Shown: positions 48,729 through 60,482, counted from the whole stretch's first letter. The stretch is DNA of 63,510 nt, filler included, from 6 parts of 6 records of this genome joined end to end with filler, not necessarily neighbours in it, one strand, 5' to 3'. The notes: generated from the sequence alone by a model not told the origin. Program-made: numbers and translations.

Positions 48729-49941
48729 AGTTTTCTCCTAAAGAATCTAAAATATCTAAAGATATAGTAAGTTTATCCCCGTCAAAACTTTTTGAACTAT
48801 CTTTAAAAAGCAATTCAATATTATTTGAAGATGTCCCAAAAGAGTTACTGTTATCTAAAATATTTAAACAAACTGCATCTAGTTTTTTTCTATCAATCAT
48901 ATTTTTTGCATTTTCAAAAGCTACTGTTTCATCCATTTCGGCTTTAAATCCAACAGTTATTAAATCACTTTTATCCAATGAGTTTAAAATATCCATATTT
49001 TGAGTAAGCTCAAGTTTCCAAGTTGTGCCTAAAAACTCTTTTTTTAGTTTTCCCTCTTGAGGATTTTTTGGTAAATAATCACTTACAGCAGCAACCATAA
49101 AAAGATATGGTTTTTTACTACTTTTCTTTTTTTTCTCAAATCTAATTGCTTCAACCAAAGATTCATACATTTGGGAACTTGATTCTACTTTTGAAACACA
49201 AATCTCTTTAGGTAAATCTTCAAAACCTCTTGTTGAAATCAAAGTTACATTTGCACCTTTTAGATATAAAGCTAAAGCTAATGATGAAGCCATTTTTCCC
49301 GATGAAAAATTAGATATATATCTTACTTCATCAATCTTTTCAATAGTTCCACCACCACTTAAAACAACATCTCTATTTTTCCAATATTTCTCTTTTAAAA
49401 GTTCTCTTGCTGTTTCATAAAAAATCTCTGTTGGTTCAGCCATTGCACCATCACCAACATCTTTACAAGCTAACTCTTTAACTTGTGAAGCTACTACTTG
49501 AAAACTATAATTAGTTAGCTTTTTCAGATTTTTTTGAGTAATAGGATTTTTCAACATATTTGTATTTGCAGCGGGTGCAATTAGTTTTAAATCCGAATAA
49601 GCTAATGCTGTTTGAGTTAAAAGATTATCGGCAATTCCATTGGCAAGTTTATTAATAGTGTTTGCTGTACAAGGAGCAATCACATAAATATCTGCCCATT
49701 TACCTATATCAATATGGTTGTATTCATCACTTTTATCCCAATTTTCAGTGTTTTCAGTTAAGACTTTATTTTGAGAAATTGCTTCAAAAGTCAAAGGTGT
49801 GATAAATTTTTGAGCAGCTTCACTCATAATAACTTTTACTTGTGCACCAGCTTTTATATAAAGTCTTATTAGTTCTAAACTTTTATAAATAGCTATTGAG
49901 CTTGTTACAGCTAAAAGTATTTTTTTATCTTTTAATAGCAT
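48715..49941 (-). CDS. coaBC: Phosphopantothenoylcysteine decarboxylase/ligase
   Basis: SIAIYKS; APCTANT; SNFSSGKM; AAVSDY; GFKAE. Confidence 0.95.
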   Translation of the reverse strand: MLLKDKKILLAVTSSIAIYKSLELIRLYIKAGAQVKVIMSEAAQKFITPLTFEAISQNKVLTENTENWDKSDEYNHIDIGKWADIYVIAPCTANTINKLANGIADNLLTQTALAYSDLKLIAPAANTNMLKNPITQKNLKKLTNYSFQVVASQVKELACKDVGDGAMAEPTEIFYETARELLKEKYWKNRDVVLSGGGTIEKIDEVRYISNFSSGKMASSLALALYLKGANVTLISTRGFEDLPKEICVSKVESSSQMYESLVEAIRFEKKKKSSKKPYLFMVAAVSDYLPKNPQEGKLKKEFLGTTWKLELTQNMDILNSLDKSDLITVGFKAEMDETVAFENAKNMIDRKKLDAVCLNILDNSNSFGTSSNNIELLFKDSSKSFDGDKLTISLDILDSLGENFAGS

Positions 49942-51239
49942 TATTTTTTTCCAAAGAACTTGTAATAATAATCTTTGATTAATTTCATTGGTGCTCTGTT
50001 TATAGCTAGGTTTCCTTGTTTTACATCTTTTGTTACGCAAGTTCCTGCGGCTAATAAAACATCATCTTCAATTGTAACAGGAGCAACCAATTGACAATCT
50101 GAACCAACGAATACATTTTTTCCTATTTTTGTTTTATGTTTATTTACACCATCATAATTACAAGTGATACACCCAGCACCAATATTAGTACCCTCATCAA
50201 TCTCACAATCACCAAGATATGAAAGATGTCCAGCTTTTACACCTGTAAGAATAGCTTTTTTTGTTTCCACAAAGTTTCCTAAGTGTGTACCTTTTAGGTA
50301 ACTTCCTGGTCTGACTCTAGCCATTGGTCCAATATCTGAATCTTCTAATGTAGAATCCTCAACAATTGAGTTTGTTTTGATATGAGAGTTTATAATTTTT
50401 GCATTTGATAAAAGAGAAACTCCATTTTCAATTATAGATTCCCCTTCAATCTCTACACCCTCTTCTATATAAATAGTTTCAGGCATTCTCATAATCACAC
50501 CTTCTTTCATAAAAGATGTTTTTATTCTACTTTGGTGAATAACTTCTGCTTGAGATAATTCAACTTTTGAGTTAACACCTTTAAAGTTTTCTTCACTTAC
50601 AGTTATTGCTTTTAACTTTTTGTCTTGCTTTATTGCTAACTCTACAAGGTCAGTTATATAATACTCTTTTTGAGCATTTTCATTTGAAAGTTTTGGCAAA
50701 TTTTCTAATAAAAACTTCGTATCAAATTGATAAATTCCCGCATTTGCTGTAGTTATTTTCAACTCATCTTCATTTGCATCTTTTTGCTCAACAATCTTTT
50801 TTACACTTCCATTATCTACAATAACTCTTCCATAACCATCTGCATTTTCTAATTCTAAAACTGACATTACTATTGTTGCATCTAAATCAAATTTTTTTAA
50901 TTCATCTGCTTGGATTAGTGGCATATCTGCATTTAAAACTAATGTTTTTTCATATTTGGGAGTTATTCCCATAACAGCACCACCTGTTCCTGGATAGTTT
51001 TCATGATCTTGTATAACAAAATTTATTTTATCTTTTCCAAAAAACTTTTCAATTGATTCTTGTACTTTTTGAGCTTGGTGAAATAATACAACAGTAATAT
51101 CATCACTTAGTTTTAAAGACTCTTTAATCGAATAATAAAGCATTGGTTTCCCAGAAATAGTATGTAAAACCTTAGGTAATGAAGATTTCATTCTTGTTCC
51201 TGCACCAGCTGCTAATATAATTATTGATTTATTATTCAT
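49941..51239 (-). CDS. glmU: Bifunctional UDP-GlcNAc pyrophosphorylase / GlcN-1-P acetyltransferase
   Basis: [35 protein letters not shown]. Confidence 0.97.
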   Translation of the reverse strand: MNNKSIIILAAGAGTRMKSSLPKVLHTISGKPMLYYSIKESLKLSDDITVVLFHQAQKVQESIEKFFGKDKINFVIQDHENYPGTGGAVMGITPKYEKTLVLNADMPLIQADELKKFDLDATIVMSVLELENADGYGRVIVDNGSVKKIVEQKDANEDELKITTANAGIYQFDTKFLLENLPKLSNENAQKEYYITDLVELAIKQDKKLKAITVSEENFKGVNSKVELSQAEVIHQSRIKTSFMKEGVIMRMPETIYIEEGVEIEGESIIENGVSLLSNAKIINSHIKTNSIVEDSTLEDSDIGPMARVRPGSYLKGTHLGNFVETKKAILTGVKAGHLSYLGDCEIDEGTNIGAGCITCNYDGVNKHKTKIGKNVFVGSDCQLVAPVTIEDDVLLAAGTCVTKDVKQGNLAINRAPMKLIKDYYYKFFGKK

Positions 51240-51245
51240 TAAGTT

Positions 51246-51468
51246 TTATCCTTCTAATACTTCGTTTATTTCTCTTTTTAAATTTTCTATAACTTCTTCT
51301 AATGCTCTTCGCATCTTTTCATCTGTAATATTTGCATGCAATAATTTATCCAGATTTTTTTCTCTTTCTTTAAAGAATTTTGCTACAGATTTACTTTTTT
51401 TATTTAGGTTATACATCAATACACCAGAAAGAATTAAAACTACAACTAATCTTGTATGTCCTAAAATT
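51246..51468 (-). CDS. 3' end of an upstream gene (possibly ankyrin-repeat protein)
   Basis: Open frame ILGHTRLVVVLILSG...INEVLEG* running from the contig edge. Confidence 0.55.
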
Positions 51469-51568
51469 NNNNNNNNNNNNNNNNNNNNNNNNNNNNNNNN
51501 NNNNNNNNNNNNTTAATTAATTAANNNNNNNNNNNNNNNNNNNNNNNNNNNNNNNNNNNNNNNNNNNN
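51469..51568. other. Artificial contig spacer
   Basis: N-TTAATTAATTAA-N. Confidence 0.98.
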
Positions 51569-52203
51569 TCACCCCCCTTATACACCTCGTCAAACAGCGC
51601 TTCGGGTGTGGTGATTTCCGGGTTGCGTTCCAGGGCATCGGCAACCATGACCTTGGCCGCCCCGGTGGTATGGCCCAGCTGGCCGGTCAGCACCCCCACC
51701 ACCTGGTCGATCACCACCTGAATGGAAACGGATTTTCCCGGGGTTTTCAAACTCCTTGGGGCCGCATCAGCGCCCGCCCCTTCCCCGACAAAGGACGTCG
51801 CCTTGCCGTGGAGGGCCGCAACGATCTTCTGGGCCGTCCGCTTCCCGATTCCCTTGAGGGTGGAAAGAAAAGCGACATCCTTGGTTTCGATGGCCCTGGC
51901 AATGGATGACACCGGATGTTCCATGGCCTTGGCAGCCTTCAGGGGACCGATGGCGTCCACGGAAATGAAAAGCTGAAAAAAGGCCTTCTCCTCCTCCGAA
52001 TCAAATCCGATGAGCACCGGTTTTGGTTGACGCTCGGTCTGGTGATAGTAGATATACAGGCTGATATCCCCGTCAGCCAGCTTCCCCTGCACGGTCTCCA
52101 CCACCGTTGCCGGCAGCAGGACCTCATACCCCACCTGATTTGCCACAAGAAGGATCGTATCATTCTCAAGCTTCAGCACCCGCCCCTCAAGGTAACCGAT
52201 CAT
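51569..52203 (-). CDS. ruvA: Holliday junction branch migration protein RuvA (stop not reached)
   Basis: MIGYLEG; VGYEV; GIGKRTAQKIV; adjacent to ruvC. Confidence 0.92.
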
Positions 52204-52685
52204 AACATGCGCTCCCTGCGATAAAACCCGGCCAGGGCCAGGGCAAGGGCATCGGACGCATGAAAGGGCCTGATGGGGTCGGGATGGTTCAATATATTTC
52301 TCACGGATCTCTCCACCTGATGTTTGTCTGCACGGCCCGACCCTGTGACCACTTTTTTGGCCCCTCGAACGGACAACTCTTCAACTTTTGCCCCGGCCTT
52401 GAACGCAGCGACAAGGAGGACGCCTGAAACTTTTCCGAGCATAATACCCGATCCTGGATATTTTTCAAGGGAGAAGATATCCTCGATCACCACCAGGTCC
52501 GGCTTTTGATGGCAGAGGAAGTCATGAACTTTTGTGTAGATGGTGTTGAGGCGAAGATAGGTGGGATCATCCTTGTCCGTGGCAATACTGCCAAAGGAGT
52601 ACCCGGCGACCCGTGCATTCTCCCCCTCGATCACGCCAATCCCGGTACCGGCAAGGCCCGGGTCGATACCAACGACTTTTACCAT
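52200..52685 (-). CDS. ruvC: Holliday junction resolvase
   Basis: GIDPG; VIEDIF; TGSGRADKHQV; SDALALA. Confidence 0.94.
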   Translation of the reverse strand: MVKVVGIDPGLAGTGIGVIEGENARVAGYSFGSIATDKDDPTYLRLNTIYTKVHDFLCHQKPDLVVIEDIFSLEKYPGSGIMLGKVSGVLLVAAFKAGAKVEELSVRGAKKVVTGSGRADKHQVERSVRNILNHPDPIRPFHASDALALALAGFYRRERML

Positions 52686-52698
52686 GTGATACGACTTA

Positions 52699-53556
52699 TC
52701 ATTGAAGGGTTTTGAGCTTTTTGGCCGCGATCTTTGCCTCGTTGGTGCCGGGGTACTTCTTGACGAGTTCTTTGAGTATCAGGCGTGCATTGGCTTTTTC
52801 ACCAAGGTTTGCAAAGGCATACCCCTGTTTCAGCAGGGCTGCGGCCACCTTGTTTCCCTTGGCATAATTCTCGACCACCTTCTGGTATTCGAGGATGGCC
52901 TTCTCATACCATTTTTCCCGGTAATAGCTGTCAGCAATCCAGAACCTTGCGTTATCCGCATTTTCCGATTCCGGATAGCGCTTCAGGAACTGCTCGAACC
53001 CCTTCCGGGCCCGGTCATAGGCTTCCTGGTCCAGAAATCCCTTGGAACGGGCGTAAAGCTCCTTTTCTCCCATGTCGGCCTCGACGGTTTCCCCGGCCTT
53101 TACAGGGGCAGCTTCCCCGTCCGAGGGCTCAAGCCCCATATATTGTTCAAGGACCGTAAGCCGCTGAAAATTTTTCGACACCGCAGTATCAAGCCGGGCA
53201 AAGTCGCTCCCGCTTTGATCGGCCGCTTGTTTCCCCAACTGTCCAAGCCGGTACTCGGACTCTTCCAACCGGCCGAGCAGCTGCCGGTTCTCGTTTCTCA
53301 ATTCCTCAACAAGGCTCTTTAATTCGGCATAGCCTTCCCGATAGGATTTTCCGCTCTTTTGAAGCCCGGATTCGACCCGGTTGACGGCAAGGGCGATCTC
53401 CTTGCGCTGCTGCTTCTCCTTGCTAATCCGGCGCGCATTATCCATCTCAAGGGACGCAACCCTGCTTTCAAGCATGGAAAAATCCTGGGTGGTGACGCAG
53501 CCTGGAACCAGAAACAAAGCCAGGGGGCAAAGGGCAAGAAAGGATAATTTTCTCAT
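52699..53556 (-). CDS. cpoB: Tol-Pal protein YbgF/CpoB
   Basis: Lipoprotein; coiled coil plus TPR (ADNARFWIA, AALLKQG). Confidence 0.9.
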   Translation of the reverse strand: MRKLSFLALCPLALFLVPGCVTTQDFSMLESRVASLEMDNARRISKEKQQRKEIALAVNRVESGLQKSGKSYREGYAELKSLVEELRNENRQLLGRLEESEYRLGQLGKQAADQSGSDFARLDTAVSKNFQRLTVLEQYMGLEPSDGEAAPVKAGETVEADMGEKELYARSKGFLDQEAYDRARKGFEQFLKRYPESENADNARFWIADSYYREKWYEKAILEYQKVVENYAKGNKVAAALLKQGYAFANLGEKANARLILKELVKKYPGTNEAKIAAKKLKTLQ

Positions 53557-53589
53557 GGTAACACTCCAAAGACAGATTCCAGGGACGAA

Positions 53590-53628
53590 TCAGGCGCAAC
53601 AGCCTGTAGAACCGGCTGCTGCGCCTGA
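53590..53628 (-). terminator. Hairpin between pal and cpoB
   Basis: TCAGGCGCAACAGCC...GGCTGCTGCGCCTGA. Confidence 0.5.
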
Positions 53629-53649
53629 AGGTCATGGAAATTCACTCAT

Positions 53650-54252
53650 CTATTTGATTACAAAATGGGCACGCCTGTTTTTGGCCCAGGCTTCCTCGTT
53701 GGCTGTGGTATCAAGGGGACGCTCCTCCCCGTAGCTGATGGTTGCCAGACGGGATTCCGGGATTCCGAGGTTGACCAGGAACTTTTTGGCGGAAAGCGCC
53801 CGTCTTTCACCCAGGGCAAGGTTGTATTCCGTGGTACCCCGGTCATCGCAATGGCCTTCGATGGTAACCAGAACCGTTGGATTCTTTTCGATCCAGTCCG
53901 CCTTCTCCTTGAGCAGGGTCTTGGACATGGGGCTCAGCTCAGAGCTGTCATAACCAAAATGGATGTCCTGGCTCTGAAACCTTCTCTTCGCGGCAGCCTT
54001 CTTGGCCACCTCCGCATCTTTCAGCTGGGCTTCTTTCAGGGCATCCGCCTTCAGCTGCGCCTCTTCCATGGCCCTCTGTTTTGCAAGCTCCTCGGCCCTT
54101 GCCGCGGCCGCAGCCTCTTCCTCCGCACTCTGGTCGACGGTCACCCCGGTGGGCGGCTCTGAAACCACTTGTTTTTTAGCACAGGAAACGGTGAACACAA
54201 GGCCCGAAACCATGAGGGCCGCTGTCAGGTTCATCAATAGTCGCTTCTTCAT
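53650..54252 (-). CDS. pal: Peptidoglycan-associated lipoprotein
   Basis: Lipobox [31 protein letters not shown]. Confidence 0.96.
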   Translation of the reverse strand: MKKRLLMNLTAALMVSGLVFTVSCAKKQVVSEPPTGVTVDQSAEEEAAAAARAEELAKQRAMEEAQLKADALKEAQLKDAEVAKKAAAKRRFQSQDIHFGYDSSELSPMSKTLLKEKADWIEKNPTVLVTIEGHCDDRGTTEYNLALGERRALSAKKFLVNLGIPESRLATISYGEERPLDTTANEEAWAKNRRAHFVIK

Positions 54253-54287
54253 CTCTCCTCCTTTGATCAATTTAGATTTATTCACAC

Positions 54288-55619
54288 TCAATTGTTCTCA
54301 TTTCCCAGGGACCATTCCGAATCGGTCTGGGCCCCCTCCATCAGGAGAAGGCGCCGCTGTTCCCCGCCGGTTGCAGTCATCACATAGATTCTCGACACCC
54401 CTTCACGGGTGGAGGTAAAGGTGATCAGACTGCCGTCCGGAGCCCATGAAGGATCTTCATTGTCTCCGGCGTCACGGGTCAACTGAACCGGTCCGGTTCC
54501 GTCGATCCCAATCATATATATGTTGATTTCCCCCTTGACGACACCGACATAGGCAATTTTATCCCCGTCCGGCGACCAGGCTGGAGAGGTATTGTAACGC
54601 CCCTGAAAGGTGAGGCGCCGAACGGTTTCCGTCTCCAAATCCTTGATATAAATCTGAGGGGTTCCTGCCCTTTTGGACACAAAGGCGATCTTTTTCCCAT
54701 CCGGGGAAAACTCGGGGGAAACGTCGATTCCCCAACTCATTGTTAATCTCTTAATAATTTTCCCTTTTCCGGTCAACAAATAAATTTCCTGGTCCCCTGC
54801 GTAACTCAAGGTGGCAGCCAGGGCAAACTGGCCCGGAACCCAGTCAGGCGTTATGTTTACCCCCTTGAACCGGACCGAGGTTCCCTGTTTCTGCTTAAGA
54901 TTTTTTATGTAAAGATCGGGATTCCCCTTTACGTAGGAGGTATAGGCAAGATATTGACCGTCCGAGGACCAGGAGGGAGACAGGGTAATACTGTTGAGCC
55001 GGGTCACCTGCCGCGGTCGGTATCCGTCAAAATCGCAGACAAAAATCTCCTTGTTCTTTCCCTGGGTGGAGACAAAGGCAAGCCTGCTTGAAAAAATCCC
55101 GCGTTTCCCGGTGAGATGAAGGGAAATTTCACCGCAGAAGCGATGTACCATCCGCCGGATATCCCCGGCACTTCCCGAGTAGACCTTCCCCACCAGCAAC
55201 CGTTCGGTAAAGGTATCAAAAAGTCTCAGCTTGAGCTGCACCCCATCGCCGGATGTGATAATTCCGCCGGTCACCAGCAGTTCAGCCCCCACCACGGTCC
55301 AGTTTTTAAAATTGACCTCGGCCCGCGAGATTCCGGTCACAGCCGGCTGCTCAATATAGGAAGCCCGTTCCAGCACCTTGATGTACCCGGTGAAATCAAG
55401 GGCGCCGGCAAGGATGGTTCTTGCCTCCCGGCCAAGCCTGGCCGCAGTATCCTGCCCCCCAAGGATCTTGAAGTCGGGGACAGCCACGGGACTCTTCCTG
55501 AGAAAGGGATCGCTGATGTTGATATAGGCGTGCTGGGCAGCAGCGAACCGGGGAAAAACACCCCCGGCGAACAGCAGGATCATGACAATGCAAAGCAATA
55601 CTTTTCTGTTTCCAAACAT
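54288..55619 (-). CDS. tolB: Tol-Pal beta-propeller protein
   Basis: Repeated P.WSPDG; operon position. Confidence 0.95.
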   Translation of the reverse strand: MFGNRKVLLCIVMILLFAGGVFPRFAAAQHAYINISDPFLRKSPVAVPDFKILGGQDTAARLGREARTILAGALDFTGYIKVLERASYIEQPAVTGISRAEVNFKNWTVVGAELLVTGGIITSGDGVQLKLRLFDTFTERLLVGKVYSGSAGDIRRMVHRFCGEISLHLTGKRGIFSSRLAFVSTQGKNKEIFVCDFDGYRPRQVTRLNSITLSPSWSSDGQYLAYTSYVKGNPDLYIKNLKQKQGTSVRFKGVNITPDWVPGQFALAATLSYAGDQEIYLLTGKGKIIKRLTMSWGIDVSPEFSPDGKKIAFVSKRAGTPQIYIKDLETETVRRLTFQGRYNTSPAWSPDGDKIAYVGVVKGEINIYMIGIDGTGPVQLTRDAGDNEDPSWAPDGSLITFTSTREGVSRIYVMTATGGEQRRLLLMEGAQTDSEWSLGNENN

Positions 55620-55627
55620 AGGCGTAT

Positions 55628-56569
55628 CTATTTCAGTCCGGACGGTGTGAATTTAAGGCCGATTTCATAGGAGGAATACCCCTTTGGCAACGGCGGCAAG
55701 GGACTCGATTTCTTGACGGCTTTCAGGGCGGAATCATCCAGGTAGCGGTTTCCGGAGCGGGTTTCAAACCAGACATCCCGGATCTGACCGTTTTTCAATA
55801 TCTTGATCAGCACCCTGGCCTCAAGGGCCTTGTCGGCTTTTGCCAGCCGCTCGCTGAAGGCCCAGTTCTGGCGGATTCGGTACATCAGTTCCAGATTATA
55901 CAGGTCAATGGCGGTATAATCGCTTCTATCGCCCTTTGCGCCGGAACCGGAGACATTGGCCAGGGGACGTGAATCGCCCTTTTTCTCAACCTCTTTTGCA
56001 AGCCGGGAAAACGCCTCGCCAAGGGTGTCCTGGGCCTTCTTCTCAGCACTTTGGGCAAGGTTTTTCTCCATTGTTTTCCGGGCACTGGCCAGGACCTTGT
56101 CAGCCCGGTAAGTTTTTTTCTTCAATGCCCGCTTTTTCTTGCCCGGCTTTGGTTTTGCTTTTGCTTTTGGTTTCGGCTTCAGTGATGCCTCCGGCTTCAC
56201 GACCCGTACGTTTTTTTTCACAACCGGCGCAACCGGTGCCTTCTCCACAACGGGTTCAATCGGCGCCTTGGCAGGTTCGGGGGCAGGCGGAGTTGGCTTC
56301 CGCTCTTTTGAAACAGTCGCAGCCGCCGACTCCCTGGCGGAATCCGATGGCCCGGGAAGATCCAGGGAGACAAGATCCACCTGGATCGAAGGCGGAATCA
56401 CTCGCTTGGGTGAGATATCCTGGTAGAAAAAGAGCCCAAGGAGAAAAACAAGATGCAGGACAAGGGAAAAAACGTACAAGGCAATGCCGTAGCCGCCATT
56501 ACAGCCCTGATCGTCCCCAAGGGATCCCCTGGAGCGATTTGATGGGTAAAAAGCATCCATTTCAACCAA
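55628..56569 (-). CDS. tolA: TolA/TonB-family protein
   Basis: TM with SLVLH; Pro/Lys linker; RSGN..LD.SA..AV; lies between tolR and tolB. Confidence 0.85.
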   Translation of the reverse strand: MVEMDAFYPSNRSRGSLGDDQGCNGGYGIALYVFSLVLHLVFLLGLFFYQDISPKRVIPPSIQVDLVSLDLPGPSDSARESAAATVSKERKPTPPAPEPAKAPIEPVVEKAPVAPVVKKNVRVVKPEASLKPKPKAKAKPKPGKKKRALKKKTYRADKVLASARKTMEKNLAQSAEKKAQDTLGEAFSRLAKEVEKKGDSRPLANVSGSGAKGDRSDYTAIDLYNLELMYRIRQNWAFSERLAKADKALEARVLIKILKNGQIRDVWFETRSGNRYLDDSALKAVKKSSPLPPLPKGYSSYEIGLKFTPSGLK

Positions 56570-56986
56570 TCAGGAATCGTCTTCCGCAGGAAGGGTGATC
56601 ATGCCCATGCTTTCAACGCCGGCCTGCTTCACCCGCGTCATGACATTGACCACCACGCCGTAGGGAACGTCCTTGTCCGCCCGCAGGAAGACCTCCCGTT
56701 TCTCCACGTTTCTCAAAATCGCCTCGAGCTTCTGGGTCAGGGTGGCAACCCCCACGGTCTGGTCATTAATGAAAACCTGGCCGTCCTTTTTCACGGAAAT
56801 CACCAGATGCTCCTCTTCCGTATCAAGGGGAGCGGTACTTGCCTGGGGCAGGTTCACGTCCACCCCCTGCACCATCATCGGGGCCGTCACCATGAAGATG
56901 ATCAACAGAACCAGCATCACGTCCACAAAAGGCGTCACGTTGATTTCGCTCATGAGCTGGTCATTGCCAAAACCCGACTGCATCAC
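56570..56986 (-). CDS. tolR: TolR
   Basis: EINVTPFVDVMLVLLIIFMVTAP; RADKDVPYG. Confidence 0.95.
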   Translation of the reverse strand: MMQSGFGNDQLMSEINVTPFVDVMLVLLIIFMVTAPMMVQGVDVNLPQASTAPLDTEEEHLVISVKKDGQVFINDQTVGVATLTQKLEAILRNVEKREVFLRADKDVPYGVVVNVMTRVKQAGVESMGMITLPAEDDS

Positions 56987-57696
56987 GCCCCCCTCTGTTT
57001 CTGGATATCCCGTTCAATGATATTCAACAGATCCGCGACAAAGCTCTGGAGTTCAGAGTCAAGCACCCGGATCCTGTCCACAAAATAATTATAAGCCATG
57101 ACCGAGGGTATCGCAACGGCAAGGCCGGCGGCCGTTGCAACAAGGGCCTCCGAGATACCGGGCGCAACCACGGCAAGGCTGGCCGAGCCCACGGCACCGA
57201 TCCCATGGAAGGTGTTCATGATGCCCCACACCGTACCGAACAGCCCGATAAACGGCGCAGTATTGCCGGCGGTGGCAAGAAAAGGCACCAGCTGGGAAAG
57301 ACGCCTCACCTCAACGTTGATGGACCGTCTCAGGGCCCGCTTAACACTTCCGAGCCCCAGGAAATTGTAATCCGACGACCGCTGATCCGCCCCTTCGGTT
57401 CCGTGGTTGAGTTCCGAAGCCTTTTTCATCTCCAGGTATCCGGCCACAAACACCCTGGCAACCGGACTCGATTTCAAGACCCTGGCCTTGGCAAAGGCAT
57501 CGGAAAGACTCCGGCACTGCCAGAAGAGATCGGTAAAATCAACCGACTCCCGGTAGGCCTTTTTTATATACCTGAATTTGATGAATATGATGGCCCAGGA
57601 GGTGATGGAAAAAAAGAAGAGCAGCAGGAGCACAAGCTTGACCACCGGGCCTGCATTGCTCAACATATGAAAAAGTCCACTTGTTTCGGGGGTCAT
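56983..57696 (-). CDS. tolQ: TolQ
   Basis: PFIGLFGTVWGIM; APGISEALVATAAGL. Confidence 0.95.
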   Translation of the reverse strand: MTPETSGLFHMLSNAGPVVKLVLLLLFFFSITSWAIIFIKFRYIKKAYRESVDFTDLFWQCRSLSDAFAKARVLKSSPVARVFVAGYLEMKKASELNHGTEGADQRSSDYNFLGLGSVKRALRRSINVEVRRLSQLVPFLATAGNTAPFIGLFGTVWGIMNTFHGIGAVGSASLAVVAPGISEALVATAAGLAVAIPSVMAYNYFVDRIRVLDSELQSFVADLLNIIERDIQKQRGA

Positions 57697-57817
57697 ATAA
57701 ACATCCGCATCTATCAGTTAGTAATCAATCATTTTTTTTGCGGGAACAGATGTGTATCCCGGCTACGACAACGTAAGTAAGCTATACGAGCAGGCCCCCC
57801 ATGTCAAGTATTCCATA

Positions 57818-57849
57818 AAAAAAGCCCCTGCACAGGGGTGTGCAGGGGC
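57818..57849 (-). terminator. Rho-independent terminator downstream of groEL
   Basis: GCCCCTGCACA...TGTGCAGGGGC with an adjacent A run (U run on the minus strand). Confidence 0.75.
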
Positions 57850-57865
57850 CAGGCTAAAACCTTCA

Positions 57866-57938
57866 GGGGTCAGGCTTAGCTTATTGTGATTAAACTCAAG
57901 GGAACGAGCGATTACACCAATAAGCTAAGCCTGCCCCC
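57866..57938. repeat. 73-bp element with 21-bp terminal inverted repeats (REP/MITE-like)
   Basis: GGGGTCAGGCTTAGCTTATTG ... CAATAAGCTAAGCCTGCCCCC (20/21 complementary). Confidence 0.65.
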
Positions 57939-57956
57939 GGTCTTTTGGGAACGGAC

Positions 57957-57986
57957 TTACATCATGCCGCCCATGCCGCCCATGCC
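57957..57986 (-). CDS. groL: Chaperonin GroEL, extreme C-terminus
   Basis: GMGGMGGMM* at the contig edge. Confidence 0.85.
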   Translation of the reverse strand, partial: GMGGMGGMM

Positions 57987-58086
57987 NNNNNNNNNNNNNN
58001 NNNNNNNNNNNNNNNNNNNNNNNNNNNNNNTTAATTAATTAANNNNNNNNNNNNNNNNNNNNNNNNNNNNNNNNNNNNNNNNNNNN
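57987..58086. other. Artificial contig spacer
   Basis: N-TTAATTAATTAA-N. Confidence 0.98.
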
Positions 58087-58554
58087 AATAAACCGAATAC
58101 AACGCGTGCAGTGGATACATCGCGTCATGACCGTGCTTACCAATGGGCCGAGGTTTTTTTCCGGAACCGCGCGTTTGTTCTCAGAATACCGGGAGCGATC
58201 ATACCCATATCCCATCGCCTGGTCCTGGAGATCGCATTCCCCTCCTTGATCACAAATCGGGCAATCAAGGGGATGATTGATTAGCAGAAATTCCATAACC
58301 CCCTGTCGCATCTGGCGAACTTTGGGAGTATCGGTATGGATTACCATTCCATCTGAGACCGGCATTGCGCATGAAGCAATAGGCTTTGGCGCCCGTTCCA
58401 TTTCGACCAAACACATGCGGCAGTTGCCGGCAATCGGAAGCCGTTCGTGGTAACAAAAATGAGGTATTTCTATGCCGTTTTGTTGACATGCCTGAAGAAC
58501 CGTCAAGCCGGCGTCGACTTCATACTCCTTACCATTGATCGTCATCTTCGGCAT
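58087..58554 (-). CDS. nuoG: NADH-quinone oxidoreductase subunit G, 3' truncated
   Basis: [31 protein letters not shown]. Confidence 0.96.
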
Positions 58555-58563
58555 GGCGGTTTC

Positions 58564-59847
58564 CTAGGCGGCCTTTTCTGTTCCAGCGGATTCAGCAATA
58601 CGCCGTTCCAGTTCGGGTCTGAAATGGCGGATCAGTCCTTGGATCGGCCACGCAGCGGCATCACCCAACGCGCAAATTGTGTGGCCCTCGACCTGGCGTG
58701 TAACGGATTCGAGAATATCGATTTCATCGACCGTGGCATCGCCCCGGCACAGGCGTTCCATGACCCGCCACATCCAACCTGTACCTTCACGACAAGGTGT
58801 GCACTGGCCACAGCTTTCATGCTTGTAGAAGCTTGAGAGCCTCGTAATCGCGCGAACAATGTCCGTCGATTTGTTCATGACGATTACGGCAGCCGTTCCC
58901 AGACCCGATTTGACTTCCTGGAGGGAATCGAAATCCATGCGGACGGTTTCGCATAAAGATTGAGGAATCAACGGTACCGACGATCCCCCCGGTATGACCG
59001 CCAGGAGGTTACTCCAACCGCCTTGAACTCCGCCGCAGTGCGTTTCTATCAACTCCTTGAGAGGAATTCCCATTTCTTCTTCCACGGTACACGGCTGATT
59101 TACGTGGCCAGAAATGCAAAACAGTTTTGTGCCTGAATTGTTTGGCCGGCCCAGGCTTGAGAACCATTTGCCTCCACGTCGCAGAATTTCCGGTACCGCG
59201 GCAATTGTCTCGACATTATTCACCGTGGTTGGACAGCCATACAAACCAACATTGGCTGGAAATGGCGGCTTCAAACGGGGCTGGCCTTTTTTCCCTTCAA
59301 GGCTTTCGATAAGGGCGCTTTCCTCGCCGCAGATGTAAGCGCCGGCACCACGGTGGATATATATATCGAAGGCCCAACCCGTCCCGCACGCATCCGGTCC
59401 GAGCAAACCTTTTGAATAGGCTTCATCAATGGCGTGTTGAAGAGCCTCTGCTTCTCGGAAGAACTCTCCGCGGATATAGATGTAGGCGGTATGGGCACCA
59501 ATGGCGAAGCCGGCGAACAACGAACCCTCGATCAGTTTTTGTGGCTCGTTTCGAATGATTTCACGGTCTTTGCAGGTTCCGGGTTCGCCTTCGTCCGCGT
59601 TGACTACAAGAAAATGAGGTCGAGTGCCAATCTCTTTGGGCATGAAGGACCATTTCATGCCGGCCGAAAAACCGGCACCGCCTCGGCCTCTTAGGCCCGA
59701 ATTCTTCACTTCTTCAATAATCCATTCCCGACCCTTGCCAAGAAGATCTCCTGTTCCATGCCAGTCGCCTCGTTGGCGAGCCGAATTTAGGCCGGTATCG
59801 GCGAGGCCATAGAGATTGGTGAATATCCGATCTTTATCACTTAGCAT
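58564..59847 (-). CDS. nuoF: NADH-quinone oxidoreductase subunit F
   Basis: [28 protein letters not shown]. Confidence 0.98.
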   Translation of the reverse strand: MLSDKDRIFTNLYGLADTGLNSARQRGDWHGTGDLLGKGREWIIEEVKNSGLRGRGGAGFSAGMKWSFMPKEIGTRPHFLVVNADEGEPGTCKDREIIRNEPQKLIEGSLFAGFAIGAHTAYIYIRGEFFREAEALQHAIDEAYSKGLLGPDACGTGWAFDIYIHRGAGAYICGEESALIESLEGKKGQPRLKPPFPANVGLYGCPTTVNNVETIAAVPEILRRGGKWFSSLGRPNNSGTKLFCISGHVNQPCTVEEEMGIPLKELIETHCGGVQGGWSNLLAVIPGGSSVPLIPQSLCETVRMDFDSLQEVKSGLGTAAVIVMNKSTDIVRAITRLSSFYKHESCGQCTPCREGTGWMWRVMERLCRGDATVDEIDILESVTRQVEGHTICALGDAAAWPIQGLIRHFRPELERRIAESAGTEKAA

Positions 59848-60482
59848 TATGCGGCCCCCGGTCCATCAGATGGCACATCACTGCCACCACCGATCTCGCT
59901 TAACGTTGTTGGTCCTCCGATCGGTTCACAACCTTTTCTGCCATTTTGGGGCCCCGGATTAGGCGTGTTTCCCATTTTGAGGGTCAAAAGGATGTTCTCG
60001 GTGCTGTTTTCATCCAGATCTTCGTAATAGTCGTCATTTATCTGCATCATCGGAGCATTAACACATGCTCCGAGGCATTCAGCATGGGAAAGGGTAAAAA
60101 GACCATCCTCGGTCGTCTCTCCAACTTCTATTCCGAGCACGCGCCTGCATATGTCGACGATGGTTTCAGAACCACGCAACATGCAAGGCAGATTCGTGCA
60201 GACCTGGATATGGTATCGGCCAATTGGTTCTAGGTTGAACATCGTATAGAAAGTTGCAACCTCGTATACTCTGATCGGCGGCATTCCGAGAACTTCCGCG
60301 ATTTTATTCATGGCCGCACGTGGAAGCCATCCGCCACTCTGACGTTGCGCAACATCCAACACCGGTATTACGGCACTGGCTTGGCAGCCATCAGGATACT
60401 TAGCGATGATCGCCGCCACTTCGGTCATATTTTCCGGCTCAAATTCGAAACTCGCCGGTTGCTCTAAAGTGGCATCATTCAT
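59847..60482 (-). CDS. nuoE: NADH-quinone oxidoreductase subunit E
   Basis: [20 protein letters not shown]. Confidence 0.96.
   Translation of the reverse strand: MNDATLEQPASFEFEPENMTEVAAIIAKYPDGCQASAVIPVLDVAQRQSGGWLPRAAMNKIAEVLGMPPIRVYEVATFYTMFNLEPIGRYHIQVCTNLPCMLRGSETIVDICRRVLGIEVGETTEDGLFTLSHAECLGACVNAPMMQINDDYYEDLDENSTENILLTLKMGNTPNPGPQNGRKGCEPIGGPTTLSEIGGGSDVPSDGPGAA

Noticed and set aside
43606-51468. AT-rich block as a horizontally acquired island
   Set aside because: It is bounded by artificial spacers and holds core genes in ordinary Campylobacterota order, so it is a different organism's contig
57957-57986. GCCCATGCC tandem repeat as a microsatellite
   Set aside because: It encodes the standard GGM tail of GroEL
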